Positions 31,514-41,869 of a stretch of 64,000 nucleotides of DNA are shown here, one piece after another. The notes under the pieces are model-generated. The model was given only the letters and a program-made list of their open reading frames with translations. It did not search any database and was not told where the DNA came from. The stretch lies in sequence record SRR20825006_2737; one strand, 5' to 3'. How positions within the stretch are numbered: the stretch's first letter is position 1; each line of letters opens with the position of its first letter. The position numbers were made by a program, and so were the translations under genes.

Positions 31514-32866
31514 ATGAAGCGACGATTGCTTCTTTCAGCCTTCGCTGCCGCGCCCTTGCTCGCTGCGCATCGTCTTCGTGGAGACGGAGACTTCTCAATG
31601 GTCTCCGCTGGTTCGCGGTCGACCATGGAAGATCTGATGATGAACGAGAACTCTTACCCATTCTTGGATGATTTGCGTCGTCGATGCTACCTGTATTTTG
31701 AGGAAGCCGCTGACCCGCAAACCGGACTAATCGCTGACCGAGGCCACGCCGACGGAAGTTCGTTCAGCACGTATGCCAGTTCCGCTGCCTGCGGATTTGG
31801 TTTGGCTGCCCATGGAGTCGCTGCCAACAATGGCTGGATTTCGAAAGAAGAAGGTGCATCACGCGTTCGAAAGATGCTGGGCTTCCTGGTCAACGAAGCC
31901 CAACATGAACGCGGTTTGATCTACCACTTCGTCGATCGCATTACCGGCCAGCGGGCCCTCGATAGCGAAGCGTCGACGATCGACACAGCTTTGTTGATCG
32001 CCGGTGCAATGCATGCGTCACAAGTGTTCCAAGACGATCGCGAATTGGTTGAAATGGCCGACACGTTGTATGAACGTGTCGATTGGCGTTGGATGCTTGG
32101 CGACAACGGGTGTCTCCACATGGGTTGGCAACCCGAAATCGGAAGACTCCCTTACCAATGGGATCGTTTCAGTGAACTGACGATTCTCGTGCTGCTCGCA
32201 ATTGGTGCTCCTAGTTCTGCGATCCCACCGAGTTGTTGGAACGCGTGGCGGCGCGAGAACGTTTTGCATCATCAGGGTGAGTCGTTCGTCAGCTATCCGC
32301 CATTGTTCGTGCACCAATACCCGCAGGCGTTCTTCGACTTCCGAGGTGTTGTTTCGTCCGACGGACGCAACTACTGGCGAAACTCTCAACTGGCCCATTT
32401 GGCTCAAATTGAATTTCAACAATCGCTTGCTGATCAATCACCAAAACGATTCGGACACTATGGCGAAGATTTGTGGGGTCTGACCAGCAGTGACTCATCG
32501 AACGGCTACCGCGATTGGGGCGGGCCCTACGAAGACGGCCAAGCTCAACCCGATCGTGGTATCGATGGAACTGTCGTGCCGAGTGCGGCGGGCGGCGGAT
32601 TGGCCATTGCCCCTGAGCAAACGATGCGGACCCTTCAGTACCAAAAAAACACATTTGGTGAATCGGTCTACGGACGCTATGGATTCGTCAACGCTTTCAA
32701 TCCACGGCGTGGCTGGATTGGATCCGATGTGATCGGAATTGATACAGGCATCACCCTCCTGTCCGCATCCAACTTGTTGGAAGAGGGTGTCTGGCAGCCG
32801 TTCATGCAACACCCCGCCGCCAAGCGAGCCTTCCGTTTGGCCGGTTTCCAACCCTTGGCTGCTTAG
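31514..32866 (+). CDS. Glucoamylase-like / GH144-type beta-1,2-glucan-active enzyme, Tat-type signal
   Basis: MKRRLLLS signal; TGLIADR, SSAACGFGL, STIDTALL, PPLFVHQY, WGLTSSD, YGRYGF, IGIDTG motifs. Confidence 0.8.
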   Translation: MKRRLLLSAFAAAPLLAAHRLRGDGDFSMVSAGSRSTMEDLMMNENSYPFLDDLRRRCYLYFEEAADPQTGLIADRGHADGSSFSTYASSAACGFGLAAHGVAANNGWISKEEGASRVRKMLGFLVNEAQHERGLIYHFVDRITGQRALDSEASTIDTALLIAGAMHASQVFQDDRELVEMADTLYERVDWRWMLGDNGCLHMGWQPEIGRLPYQWDRFSELTILVLLAIGAPSSAIPPSCWNAWRRENVLHHQGESFVSYPPLFVHQYPQAFFDFRGVVSSDGRNYWRNSQLAHLAQIEFQQSLADQSPKRFGHYGEDLWGLTSSDSSNGYRDWGGPYEDGQAQPDRGIDGTVVPSAAGGGLAIAPEQTMRTLQYQKNTFGESVYGRYGFVNAFNPRRGWIGSDVIGIDTGITLLSASNLLEEGVWQPFMQHPAAKRAFRLAGFQPLAA

Positions 32867-32908
32867 CAAGGGAACTGAGGCGTAGACGCAGGTTTCAAAG
32901 ATTCACTT

Positions 32909-32923
32909 GGGCACGCTGAATGC
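32909..32923 (+). promoter_or_regulatory. Candidate sigma-54 (-24/-12) promoter for opgG
   Basis: gGGCACGctgaatGC fits GG-N10-GC and resembles TGGCACG-N4-TTGC; ~80 nt upstream of the ATG. Confidence 0.45.
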
Positions 32924-33003
32924 GTCTTGGGAGCTAAACTGCTTCGGTGACGCCTTAGCAGTGCGTCACTCCCATTCTGCATGAATTCAACGGGACCAAG
33001 TGT

Positions 33004-34725
33004 ATGTACTTCGACGCGTGTTTTGCGAGGCTCTTTTCTTTCTCCGGCCTCGCAGTTTCGGTCGCCCTTCTAATCACAACCACCACGGCCAACGCGGTGG
33101 ATTTAATCGACGTACGCGACTTTGAATCGCTCAGTCAGCTCGCGGCCGAGCGATCGCAACGGGAATATGAACCGGCCCCCGAATTGCCCGAGCCATTGGC
33201 ATCATGGCAGTACGATGACTACATGAAGGTGAAGTACCGCCCTGAACGTGCCACCTGGTTTGATCAAGGCTTGCCGTTTTGGTTGGAAACATTTCATCGC
33301 GGGTTCGTCCAAACGGACTTGGTCGAGCTGTTCACGCTCAATCCATCTCCCAGTGGCGATCCGATCAGCCAACGCATCGCCTTCAACACAAATGACTTTG
33401 TCTACGACGCACCGCTGAATGCCGAAGCGATTCCCCCGGCGGGTCACGCTGGGTTCCGAATCGTGGGGCCGTTTCCCAACCGGCCGGATGCCCAAGAAAT
33501 GCTGAGCTTCATCGGGTCCAGCTACTTTCGCGGAAGAAGCGGGGACACCATTTACGGTGCCTCGGCTCGTGGACTGGCAATCAACATTGCCATGATGCAA
33601 GAAGAAGAGTTCCCCGACTTCCGCGCGTTCTGGATCCAGATGCCGGCGGCGGATTCTGACCAAATCGCAATCCTGGCGTTCATGGACAGTCCCAGCTTGA
33701 CCGGAGCATATCGATTTCGATTGGTACCTGGGAACGCGGTGACACGCGTGAAGGTGCAAGCTGATGTCTACTACCGAGATCACCCAGAGAAGATTGCATT
33801 GGCCCCGCTGACGAGCATGTGGATGTGGGGTGACGGATTGAAGGGACCTCCCAAGGACAATCGCCCATCGGTTCACGACAGTGATGGATTGCTTATCCAA
33901 ACAGGCCCCAACGAATGGCGTTGGAGAGCGTTTGCTCGCCAAAGTTACCCCTCGGTCACATCCACGGAAGTCGAATCGCTTCACGGATTTGGTTTGATCC
34001 AACGAAACCGAGCGTTCTATCACTACGACGATCACAACGCACGTTACGACAAACGTCCCAGCGTTTGGATCAAACCAGACGCTCCATGGCCCGATGGTCG
34101 AATCGAATTGCTCGAACTGCCAGGCGCTCATGAAGGCATCGACAACCTGGCTGCGTATTGGCTGCCTCCCGAAGAAGAATCCGCACCCGATGAATCGGCC
34201 AGCGAGACAGATCCTTCGGTCGAATCAGCCGCCAATCCCGGATCAGCCGTTGCGGCGATCGATACCGTTTCCGAGCCTGATGGTGCAACGGAACCGCCCC
34301 ATCCCTCCCTTCAGTTCGCGTATGAAGTCAGCTTCTTCGCGGGTGATCCACCGGAACACAACGTGCTCGGCCGAGCGACCAACCTGAGCGTGACTCGACC
34401 CAAAAATGCCGACGAACCGATTGAGATGGAAATCCGTTTTGCCGGTCCGGTCCTTCGAGGGCTGCCAGCTGAACACCCGCCTTCGATTCAGTCCAACGCG
34501 ATCGCTGGTGAAATCTGCGAAGAAGAATTGGAACGCACCGACGAGGGCGATTGGATCCTGCATCTCGGCGTGAACCTCGCGGAGGACAACTCTGGTGAAC
34601 GACCAGTCGAACTGTCCCTTCAGTTGATCAGTGAGGACCAACCGGTATCAGAGACGTTTGGTTACTTGCTGCCGCCTGCGGAACCAGAGTTTGTGTATCC
34701 CGCGGTCTACACGCGACAAGAATGA
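33004..34725 (+). CDS. opgG: Periplasmic glucan biosynthesis protein OpgG/OpgD
   Basis: FIGSSYFRG, YGASARGLAI, EEFPDFRAFW, APLTSM, VHDSDGL, GFGLIQR, DNLAAYW. Confidence 0.9.
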   Translation: MYFDACFARLFSFSGLAVSVALLITTTTANAVDLIDVRDFESLSQLAAERSQREYEPAPELPEPLASWQYDDYMKVKYRPERATWFDQGLPFWLETFHRGFVQTDLVELFTLNPSPSGDPISQRIAFNTNDFVYDAPLNAEAIPPAGHAGFRIVGPFPNRPDAQEMLSFIGSSYFRGRSGDTIYGASARGLAINIAMMQEEEFPDFRAFWIQMPAADSDQIAILAFMDSPSLTGAYRFRLVPGNAVTRVKVQADVYYRDHPEKIALAPLTSMWMWGDGLKGPPKDNRPSVHDSDGLLIQTGPNEWRWRAFARQSYPSVTSTEVESLHGFGLIQRNRAFYHYDDHNARYDKRPSVWIKPDAPWPDGRIELLELPGAHEGIDNLAAYWLPPEEESAPDESASETDPSVESAANPGSAVAAIDTVSEPDGATEPPHPSLQFAYEVSFFAGDPPEHNVLGRATNLSVTRPKNADEPIEMEIRFAGPVLRGLPAEHPPSIQSNAIAGEICEEELERTDEGDWILHLGVNLAEDNSGERPVELSLQLISEDQPVSETFGYLLPPAEPEFVYPAVYTRQE

Positions 34726-34761
34726 TCTTGAGGACGAGCGTCGCGAATCGCACCGCCTGGG

Positions 34762-36099
34762 CTATTTCTCAGGATCCGAATCCGCGGTGACGGAAGAAGC
34801 AATGCGTCCACCTTGGACCAGCACTTCCAGCTCGTCCGTGAATTGTTGCTTCAGTTCGGCTTCGCCGGGAAAACCTTGATGAACCGCTTCGACGATGCCC
34901 GTGGGCGCGATCACCAACGTCAAGGGAATCGATTTCGCGGTGAACAGTTCAATCAGATCGCCATCTGGATCCGACGCCACGGTCACATCCCAATCTTGTT
35001 CGCTGACGAAACCTTTCACTAACGACGAGCTTTCGCCAACATTCACAGCATAGAACTGAACACCTTTGTCGGCGAATTTTCGAGTGGTCTCGGCAATCAC
35101 GGGCATCGCCTGCAAACACGGACCACACCAAGTCGCCCAGAAATCCAGCACAACAACTTTGCCCTTCAGATCTTCGTTGCGTACCGTGGTACCATCCATC
35201 AACGTCAATTCGAATTCAGGAACGGGTTGCCCCAACAGAGGATGCTCCACCAACTTCTCTGCGGCCTGCTTTTGGAACGCTTCCAACGATTCGTATTCCA
35301 CCGCCTCTCGCGGCGGGGTGTAGCGGAACAGCTTGTCGTCGACATCGCCGGTCACTCGCCAAGACTTGAAGTCGTACCGCAGCGAATAGGCATAGCCTTG
35401 AGGCACGGCGACTTGTCCGGTAGCAATCAACATCGGTGTGAGATCAACCAGCAGACGAAGCGGACGAGGTTTGCCTTCGTCACTGATCCAAAGATCCCAT
35501 GTGACACCGTCTTTCTGCTGCCCACGCAGATGAATGGATTCGATGCTACCGCGATACTTGACTTTGCCCGCGACTTCGACGGATTTCATTCCACCTAAAA
35601 AGGTGACCGCCGGATCCACACCAGCCAACGTGAGTGCCAAAACGACTTCCGGGTAGGGACCAAGATTGATCTCCGAACGGGTCGCGAGTTCCTGGCACGA
35701 TGCGACGTTTGGCAATCGGAAAAACGCTTCGGGCGTGAGAGCCACAACGCCCTTCTCACCATCGGAATACAACCGTTTCCGATCGTCAGCCGACTTGTAA
35801 TAAACGGTGTACTGATTGGGGTACTTCGACGCGATCTGGTAAACCGAATCGGATGTCTCAACGACTTTGCCACCCATCACCGTTTCAGCGGACAGCTCGA
35901 CAGTCGCACGTGAGACATCGGCTTTTGAAATTCGCGAAAACAGCGGCGTCAATGCTTCGCGAACATCTTCACTGAGTTCAAAGGAAGGTTTGTCTTGAGC
36001 AAATCCGGTGGTTGTCATTCCAAAAACGACAACGCAAAACATCAACGACTGCAGGGTCTTCCATGTCCCAATACGAACACAATTCACAACGGTAGCCAA
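34762..36099 (-). CDS. DUF2092-like + TlpA/redoxin domain secreted protein
   Basis: Signal peptide; C-terminal VVVLDFWATWCGPC thioredoxin fold. Confidence 0.8.
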   Translation of the reverse strand: MATVVNCVRIGTWKTLQSLMFCVVVFGMTTTGFAQDKPSFELSEDVREALTPLFSRISKADVSRATVELSAETVMGGKVVETSDSVYQIASKYPNQYTVYYKSADDRKRLYSDGEKGVVALTPEAFFRLPNVASCQELATRSEINLGPYPEVVLALTLAGVDPAVTFLGGMKSVEVAGKVKYRGSIESIHLRGQQKDGVTWDLWISDEGKPRPLRLLVDLTPMLIATGQVAVPQGYAYSLRYDFKSWRVTGDVDDKLFRYTPPREAVEYESLEAFQKQAAEKLVEHPLLGQPVPEFELTLMDGTTVRNEDLKGKVVVLDFWATWCGPCLQAMPVIAETTRKFADKGVQFYAVNVGESSSLVKGFVSEQDWDVTVASDPDGDLIELFTAKSIPLTLVIAPTGIVEAVHQGFPGEAELKQQFTDELEVLVQGGRIASSVTADSDPEK

Positions 36100-36139
36100 T
36101 CAACTGAAGAAGCAAGACAAGAGAGGACGAGGCCGCCGA

Positions 36140-37141
36140 TCAGGCAGGGGCACCCTTTAAGAATGCATAGCTTTCTCGAACGCTGTCCAAAGGCGCCGGA
36201 GACTGATCCTGCTCGACATGGCATTGATCCACGCCAATCTCGCGAGCCAAATTCATCACCGCGGGGATGTCGATGATGCCGTTGCCCAGTTCCTTGAAAG
36301 CGTCGTTTGGAACTTGACCTTCATCGGTGATGACCGGCGTGTCCTTTTTCAGATCTTTCAAATGCACTTGGCTGATCCGTCCCGCTAAACGACGCATCAT
36401 CTCGATCGGATCGCGACCGCCGATTTTGGCCCAGAAAACATCCAGCTCAAATTCCATTTTGTGCGGGTCGAAACGCTCAACGAAAATATCGAACGCGGTC
36501 AACTTGTTCGCCTTCTTCTCATCTTCGTTTGAGTTCGCGTCCGGATTCACCTCATCTGCGGCACCCCCGTTGAATGTTGCGAATTCGAACGAATGGTTGT
36601 GGTAGCACATTCGCATCCCAGCGTTGCGGGTCTGGTCAGCAGCCTTGTTGGCGCGATCCGCAATCGCACGGCATTTGTCCGCCGTGTCGCGTTGGTGTTT
36701 CGCGATGTAGCCAAAGACGACGTGCCGCAATCCGATCCGCTCGGCCAATTCCAAAGTCGTTTCGACTGAACCGCCCCCATCCTTTTCCGGCTCCGCGATG
36801 ACATTGAAATCCATGAATGCGCTGTGCACGATCAATCCGTTGTCGCGAGCGATTGCCGCCAAACGAACGGCTTCATCATCGATGTTCATCAACTCGACCT
36901 GACGATAACCCGCCTCCGCGACAGCTTTCAGCGTTCCCTCGGGGTCAGCCTTCATCGCATCCCGAAGTGTGTACAGCTGCAATCCGATGCGATCCATGTA
37001 CGGCAGCGGCTGGCCACCTTCCGCGGCAGTTTTTTCTGCTTTTTGGGCCAATAGATTCAAAGGTTGAGCCAACCATGCCGCCATCGCGGAAGTGGCGGTC
37101 AATTGCAATGCCGTGCGGCGATGGATCGAAGGAGTCTTCAT
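36140..37141 (-). CDS. Sugar phosphate isomerase/epimerase (AP endonuclease 2 TIM barrel), Tat signal
   Basis: HRRTAL signal, IGLQLYTLR, YHNHSFEF, ELDVFW, HLKD, VEQD. Confidence 0.85.
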   Translation of the reverse strand: MKTPSIHRRTALQLTATSAMAAWLAQPLNLLAQKAEKTAAEGGQPLPYMDRIGLQLYTLRDAMKADPEGTLKAVAEAGYRQVELMNIDDEAVRLAAIARDNGLIVHSAFMDFNVIAEPEKDGGGSVETTLELAERIGLRHVVFGYIAKHQRDTADKCRAIADRANKAADQTRNAGMRMCYHNHSFEFATFNGGAADEVNPDANSNEDEKKANKLTAFDIFVERFDPHKMEFELDVFWAKIGGRDPIEMMRRLAGRISQVHLKDLKKDTPVITDEGQVPNDAFKELGNGIIDIPAVMNLAREIGVDQCHVEQDQSPAPLDSVRESYAFLKGAPA

Positions 37142-37326
37142 TGGGACCGAGGTGCAAAGGTGCCAAAATGGATGTGGAACTGACGAGCAAGTGAAACGGA
37201 GAACACGCCGCAAAAGATTTCGGCACGCTGCTTCCGTCGCGATGCGTTCATCACTGTGCTTCGCGTCGGAAGCCGGTTTAAACCAGAGTTACGCGTCCTC
37301 ACGGATTGCCAGTTCGTTCGAAGAGA

Positions 37327-38250
37327 TCAGTCCAGTTCGCGTTTTTGTCGCTGACGCCAGCTGTATCTCTCCAAGGTTTTACGTTCCGAGGAAGTCAGGC
37401 TGGATTCCCCTGACTCATGGATTTTAGCCAGAATTCGGTCCGCATCCTCTGCTTCGGCGCGGATTTTTTTGTCGGGATCATGCAATTTCAGCTTTGCTCG
37501 ACGAGATTTCAGCCTCATTTCGTCCTTGAAATCGCCAAACCGTCTGAAATCAAGCCAATGGAATGACCACTGAAGTCGGTGATACAGGAACCCAAAGAGT
37601 GCCCCCGCCAGGTGGACTTCAAAGGCGGTCGAGCTGGCGGAACCGAAAAGCCCCAAAGCGGACACCAAATCAATCAGTACCAAAACCGAGGCCAACACCC
37701 ACGCTTTCACGGGAAAAACGAACATGAAGAGCACTTCCTGGTGGGGGAAGTAGCAAGCGAAGAGGACCATTACCGCGATCACCGCACCGCTGGCCCCGAT
37801 CGTCGACACGCCAATGATCTCGGGACTCAATTGCCCAGTCTGGAACAACGAGATGGCACATGGGTACAGCATCCCAACGATGCCACCCGCGATCACCGCG
37901 ATCAAATAAAACCTGAGAAACTCCTGCCCCCCCAACCGTTGTTCTACCGGACTCCCAAAGACGAACAACAAGAACATGTTGAAGAGAATGTGTAGTGGCA
38001 GGACCTCCTCGGTATTGTGCATGAACCCGTAGGTCAGTGGTTGGAACCACAACCAAGGTTGAAGCAACGTTTGGCCGCTGACGCCAAACCAATCGCTGAG
38101 CAGCCCTTTCGACAGCCAATCTACCGCGAATAACGCGACATTGATCCCGATCAAGACCTTGATCATCGACAAGGGATTCTCAATTCGATCCCACGGCGTT
38201 CGTTCGGAGCGACTGTAGTCGCGTTCGTTCAGCCCCATTCTGGCAATCAA
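37327..38250 (-). CDS. Rhomboid family intramembrane serine protease
   Basis: HILFNM, IGASG, HLAG; C-terminal DRILAKIHESGESSLT. Confidence 0.9.
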   Translation of the reverse strand: MIARMGLNERDYSRSERTPWDRIENPLSMIKVLIGINVALFAVDWLSKGLLSDWFGVSGQTLLQPWLWFQPLTYGFMHNTEEVLPLHILFNMFLLFVFGSPVEQRLGGQEFLRFYLIAVIAGGIVGMLYPCAISLFQTGQLSPEIIGVSTIGASGAVIAVMVLFACYFPHQEVLFMFVFPVKAWVLASVLVLIDLVSALGLFGSASSTAFEVHLAGALFGFLYHRLQWSFHWLDFRRFGDFKDEMRLKSRRAKLKLHDPDKKIRAEAEDADRILAKIHESGESSLTSSERKTLERYSWRQRQKRELD

Positions 38251-38273
38251 TCCATCACAGAAAATTGGCGTCG

Positions 38274-38708
38274 CTAAAACGAGCGACGTTTGAGAATTTC
38301 GCTCATCAAGAATGCTTGCTGAGCCCCACCGGGTCGGGACAACAATCGTCGCAGATTGTCCACCGGCGTCGCCACCCGTCCTATCGATTTGGAGCCGTTT
38401 GACTTCCGAACACCCTCGTTTGTTTCACCGTCTCGTTGCGAAACGCTGCCTAAACGCTCCTCCACCACTTCCCCCATGACGACATCGTCGCCAGCGTGAT
38501 CGTCCACGATGGACACATCAATGGCTTCGGCAAGTTGCCGCGTCACCCGTTCGCGATTGCGATCGGAGTACTGTCGCGGACGCGAATGATTGTCCTGACG
38601 TCGTTGCTCGTCTTGCAACGCGCGAAAATCAATCGCGTTGCGTTGTCGAATCTCTGCCGACTTTCGCAGAAACGCTTCAAGCTCGTTGGGGTTCTCTTCG
38701 CGGGGCAT
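38274..38708 (-). CDS. Hypothetical protein, YqfB-like partner of FloA
   Basis: Directly follows floA; C-terminal QQAFLMSEIL resembles the YqfB-type tail. Confidence 0.55.
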   Translation of the reverse strand: MPREENPNELEAFLRKSAEIRQRNAIDFRALQDEQRRQDNHSRPRQYSDRNRERVTRQLAEAIDVSIVDDHAGDDVVMGEVVEERLGSVSQRDGETNEGVRKSNGSKSIGRVATPVDNLRRLLSRPGGAQQAFLMSEILKRRSF

Positions 38709-38709
38709 T

Positions 38710-39798
38710 TCAGTGGGTCTCTTCAGGCGTGTCAGGATCGTGCGAATGCCCGGCTAAGGCACGCCGCATCTCGGTATCCGCGCTCACGTTCTGCAACCGG
38801 TAATAATCCATCACCAAAAGTTTCCCACTTCGGAAAGCCTCGGCCATAGCCCGTGGCACATCCGACTGAGCTTCGACCACTTGGGCCTGACTCTTTGCGA
38901 TCTCCGCCTGCATCTCCTGCTCTTCGGCGACCGCCGCCGCACGTCGGCCTTCGGCGTTGGCTCGAGCCACCGCGGTGTCGGCTTCCGCCTGATCAGCTTG
39001 CAAACGGGCACCGATGTTAGCACCGACATCGATGTCAGCGATATCGATGGAAACGATTTCAAACGCCGTTTGAGAATCCAGCTTCTTCACCAACACGGCT
39101 TTGCTGATCACGTCCGGATTTTCGAGCACCGCTTTGTGGTCGTCCGCCGACCCGATCGCACTGACGATCCCTTCGCCAACTCGAGCGATGATGGTTTCTT
39201 CCGTCGCACCACCAATCAATTGCTGCAGATTGGCTCGCACGGTCACACGAGCTCGAACCTTCAACTGAATCCCGTCCTTCGCGACGGCGTCAAGCGATGG
39301 TTTCGCCGAACCTCTCGGTGGGCAATCGATGACCTTCGGATAAACACTTGTCTGAACCGACTCCAACACGTCACGTCCCGCCAAATCGATTGCGGTCGCT
39401 TCGCGGAACGTCAACGAAATCGTCTTAGCCTTTTTCGCAGCGATCAATGCACGGATGACTTGCTGCACATTGCCCCCGGCCAAATAGTGAGCTTCGAGTG
39501 CACCGACGGTCAGCTCAGGATCATCCAGACCGGCTTGCGTCGCCATGATCTTGCTTCGCACGATCGCTCGCGTATTGACCTTTCGAAAGGTCATCCCGAT
39601 CAGATTGCCAAACGAGATTTTGGAGCCCGTCAGGACGGATTGGATCCACAACCCGAAGTAGCTGGTGAAGATAAACAGCACCACAACGATCCCGGCGAAA
39701 ATCACCAGTGCACCAATCAACAATGCAGTGGTGACCTTGGGCATCTGAGCCAAAGGCAGGGTGTCCAACAACAGCGATGCAATCATGGGGCGTCTCAT
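38710..39798 (-). CDS. floA: Flotillin-like protein FloA (YqfA/UPF0365)
   Basis: [60 protein letters not shown]. Confidence 0.92.
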   Translation of the reverse strand: MRRPMIASLLLDTLPLAQMPKVTTALLIGALVIFAGIVVVLFIFTSYFGLWIQSVLTGSKISFGNLIGMTFRKVNTRAIVRSKIMATQAGLDDPELTVGALEAHYLAGGNVQQVIRALIAAKKAKTISLTFREATAIDLAGRDVLESVQTSVYPKVIDCPPRGSAKPSLDAVAKDGIQLKVRARVTVRANLQQLIGGATEETIIARVGEGIVSAIGSADDHKAVLENPDVISKAVLVKKLDSQTAFEIVSIDIADIDVGANIGARLQADQAEADTAVARANAEGRRAAAVAEEQEMQAEIAKSQAQVVEAQSDVPRAMAEAFRSGKLLVMDYYRLQNVSADTEMRRALAGHSHDPDTPEETH

Positions 39799-39980
39799 GG
39801 GGGCGGCATATGTTCGAACCAGACGAAGCTGCCAGGTAAGAAGAGGCTCGAATCGGACACGAAGAAGGCGTTTTTTCCTTCGTCCTGTCTTTCGGGGGCC
39901 GATATCATCGTCCTGGCCCCGTCATCCAGTGTCAAGCGCGGCAACTCGCTCACGTCCATCGTGACACGAACTTCACTCAA
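39795..39980 (-). CDS. Small hypothetical protein (61 aa), coupled to both neighbours
   Basis: GTGA overlap with yihY stop and ATGA overlap with floA start. Confidence 0.4.
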   Translation of the reverse strand: MSEVRVTMDVSELPRLTLDDGARTMISAPERQDEGKNAFFVSDSSLFLPGSFVWFEHMPPP

Positions 39981-41710
39981 CCGTTCGAATTGTTATCGTC
40001 ACCGGACTTGGATTCGTCTGATTCACCCGTCGTTGAATTGTCCTGCGTCGGCAAATCGTCATCCATCCATTCCGCTAAAGAACGAGTTCCCGCGGCAACG
40101 CACTCAGCTTCTTTGAGGGCGGCCAGGGTCTTCCAGGCCGGATGATCGCTCGCCGGCCGGAACCGATGAGCCAACCGCATCACTTCAGCCAGCAGAATGT
40201 TGTCGGCGGGTCGGGCAAGAGTGAGCTGGTTTTCTTGGCCCGCCCCGGTTACCACGCGCCGCAAAAAGTTGGCCTCAATCAGCCGCGTTTCCATTTCGTG
40301 AACCACGCGACTCGACAATCCCAATCGATCGGACAATTCCTGACGCCCAACAGCTTCGCCTTCAGCAAAAGCGATCGCGACCTCAGTCATGATTGGAAGC
40401 ATCCAATCGGGGTCACAGGCCGGCAAGTCTTCCTGCTTCTCACCACGGCGACGGAATTCTTTGCCGCGAACGGTTTGCAAGGTGTAGGTCAAAATCAGTC
40501 CAAATAAGACGATCAACCACGTCAGGTAGATCCAAAGCAAGAACAACGGGATCACTCCGATGGACCCATACAGTTCCAAATACGGAACAGCAGTCGTCAC
40601 GTAAATCTGGAAACCATACTTGGCAAACTCCCACAACACCGCGCTGACCGCCGATCCCATTACGGCGGCTCGCACCGAAACATGGGTGTTCGGCATCAAC
40701 GCATACAGCAGAAACAACAACACCCAAGCGGCGAGCAACGACAATGCGTGTTGCAGAATCCAAACTGGCCCGGAGCCGGCACCCAGATTCCCAAACCAGT
40801 CGATGACCTGCGCTGACATGTAAAGGCTCAGCGCCAACAGCCCGCTTCCAAGCGTGATGATCGACCAATGAACCGCAACGCGAAGATGAATCGGTCGCTG
40901 CGTTGGAGCATCAAAAATGCGGTTGAACAAATACTCGGTTGCATCCGCCAACGCGACGGCGGCGTAGATGAATAACAACAAACCAAAGACGCCGATCGAT
41001 GCAAAGTCCAACGAAGCGATCTTGGAAGTCGCCCCGTGCAGTGTCTGCCGGATGATTTCGCGAGCTTGATCGTCGGCTTCCGCTTTGCCTTCGATCTCTT
41101 CTGCATCAATGACTTCGCCGGCCGCATCCTCTGCCGTCGGCGGGTATCCGGCGATGGTTGGGTCCGTTGCATCACCCGCCAAGCCCCCTTCTTCCGGCAT
41201 TCCGTCAGGTCCGCCCCCGAGTCCTTCATCGCCAATGCCTTCGGCGGCGTTCGAAGCTTCGGAATTTTCTCTGACTTCGCCTCCGTCAGGGACGACCAAT
41301 TCGATCACGGGGTCGTCTGAGTCTCGAAAATCCGGCGTGTTCACTTCCGTCGAGTCCACGGTCGCTTCGATTGGCAAAGCGTCGGGATCGGGTTCCGGAA
41401 CCGGAATGTATTCCGCTGGGATCTGTGGAACACCAAAGAACGAATACAGTTGGTTCTCAACCCTCAACTGCACGTCATCCAACCCGCCGAAGACGCGAAA
41501 CATCACCAACCCCAGCACCACGACGGGGATCAGTGAGAAAATCGTTCGGTAAGTCAACTCCGCCGCCATGCCCTCGGCACGATGTCGGTGCAACTGAGCG
41601 CTGCAGTGGATGACCAGATCCCACGCCGTTCTCAACTGATGTTGGCGGCGAGACAGTTCGTCTCTCGGACGCTCAATCGTTTCGACAATGTAATTCCACC
41701 AGTGACGCAC
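39977..41710 (-). CDS. YihY/BrkB family membrane protein with acidic insertion and C-terminal Rrf2-like HTH
   Basis: AAELTYRTIFSLIP, FNRIF, LMPNT, YGSIGVIPLFLLWIY; AAGGA precedes the GTG. Confidence 0.85.
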   Translation of the reverse strand: MRHWWNYIVETIERPRDELSRRQHQLRTAWDLVIHCSAQLHRHRAEGMAAELTYRTIFSLIPVVVLGLVMFRVFGGLDDVQLRVENQLYSFFGVPQIPAEYIPVPEPDPDALPIEATVDSTEVNTPDFRDSDDPVIELVVPDGGEVRENSEASNAAEGIGDEGLGGGPDGMPEEGGLAGDATDPTIAGYPPTAEDAAGEVIDAEEIEGKAEADDQAREIIRQTLHGATSKIASLDFASIGVFGLLLFIYAAVALADATEYLFNRIFDAPTQRPIHLRVAVHWSIITLGSGLLALSLYMSAQVIDWFGNLGAGSGPVWILQHALSLLAAWVLLFLLYALMPNTHVSVRAAVMGSAVSAVLWEFAKYGFQIYVTTAVPYLELYGSIGVIPLFLLWIYLTWLIVLFGLILTYTLQTVRGKEFRRRGEKQEDLPACDPDWMLPIMTEVAIAFAEGEAVGRQELSDRLGLSSRVVHEMETRLIEANFLRRVVTGAGQENQLTLARPADNILLAEVMRLAHRFRPASDHPAWKTLAALKEAECVAAGTRSLAEWMDDDLPTQDNSTTGESDESKSGDDNNSNG

Positions 41711-41869
41711 GGTGAATTCCTTGATGGGTGGTCGGCAGATGGAGGATTCGAAACGGGCGACGGATTGGTTGAACCGACGAAGGGCCAAACAGGAATCAAT
41801 CGATTGTCGATTGCTGCATCGTCACCATCCGACCGCTTGGAGGCAACGTGTCGTGATCCCATTCATTGC

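Noticed and set aside
38881-40116. 411-aa ORF antisense to floA
   Set aside because: Shadow ORF of a conserved gene.
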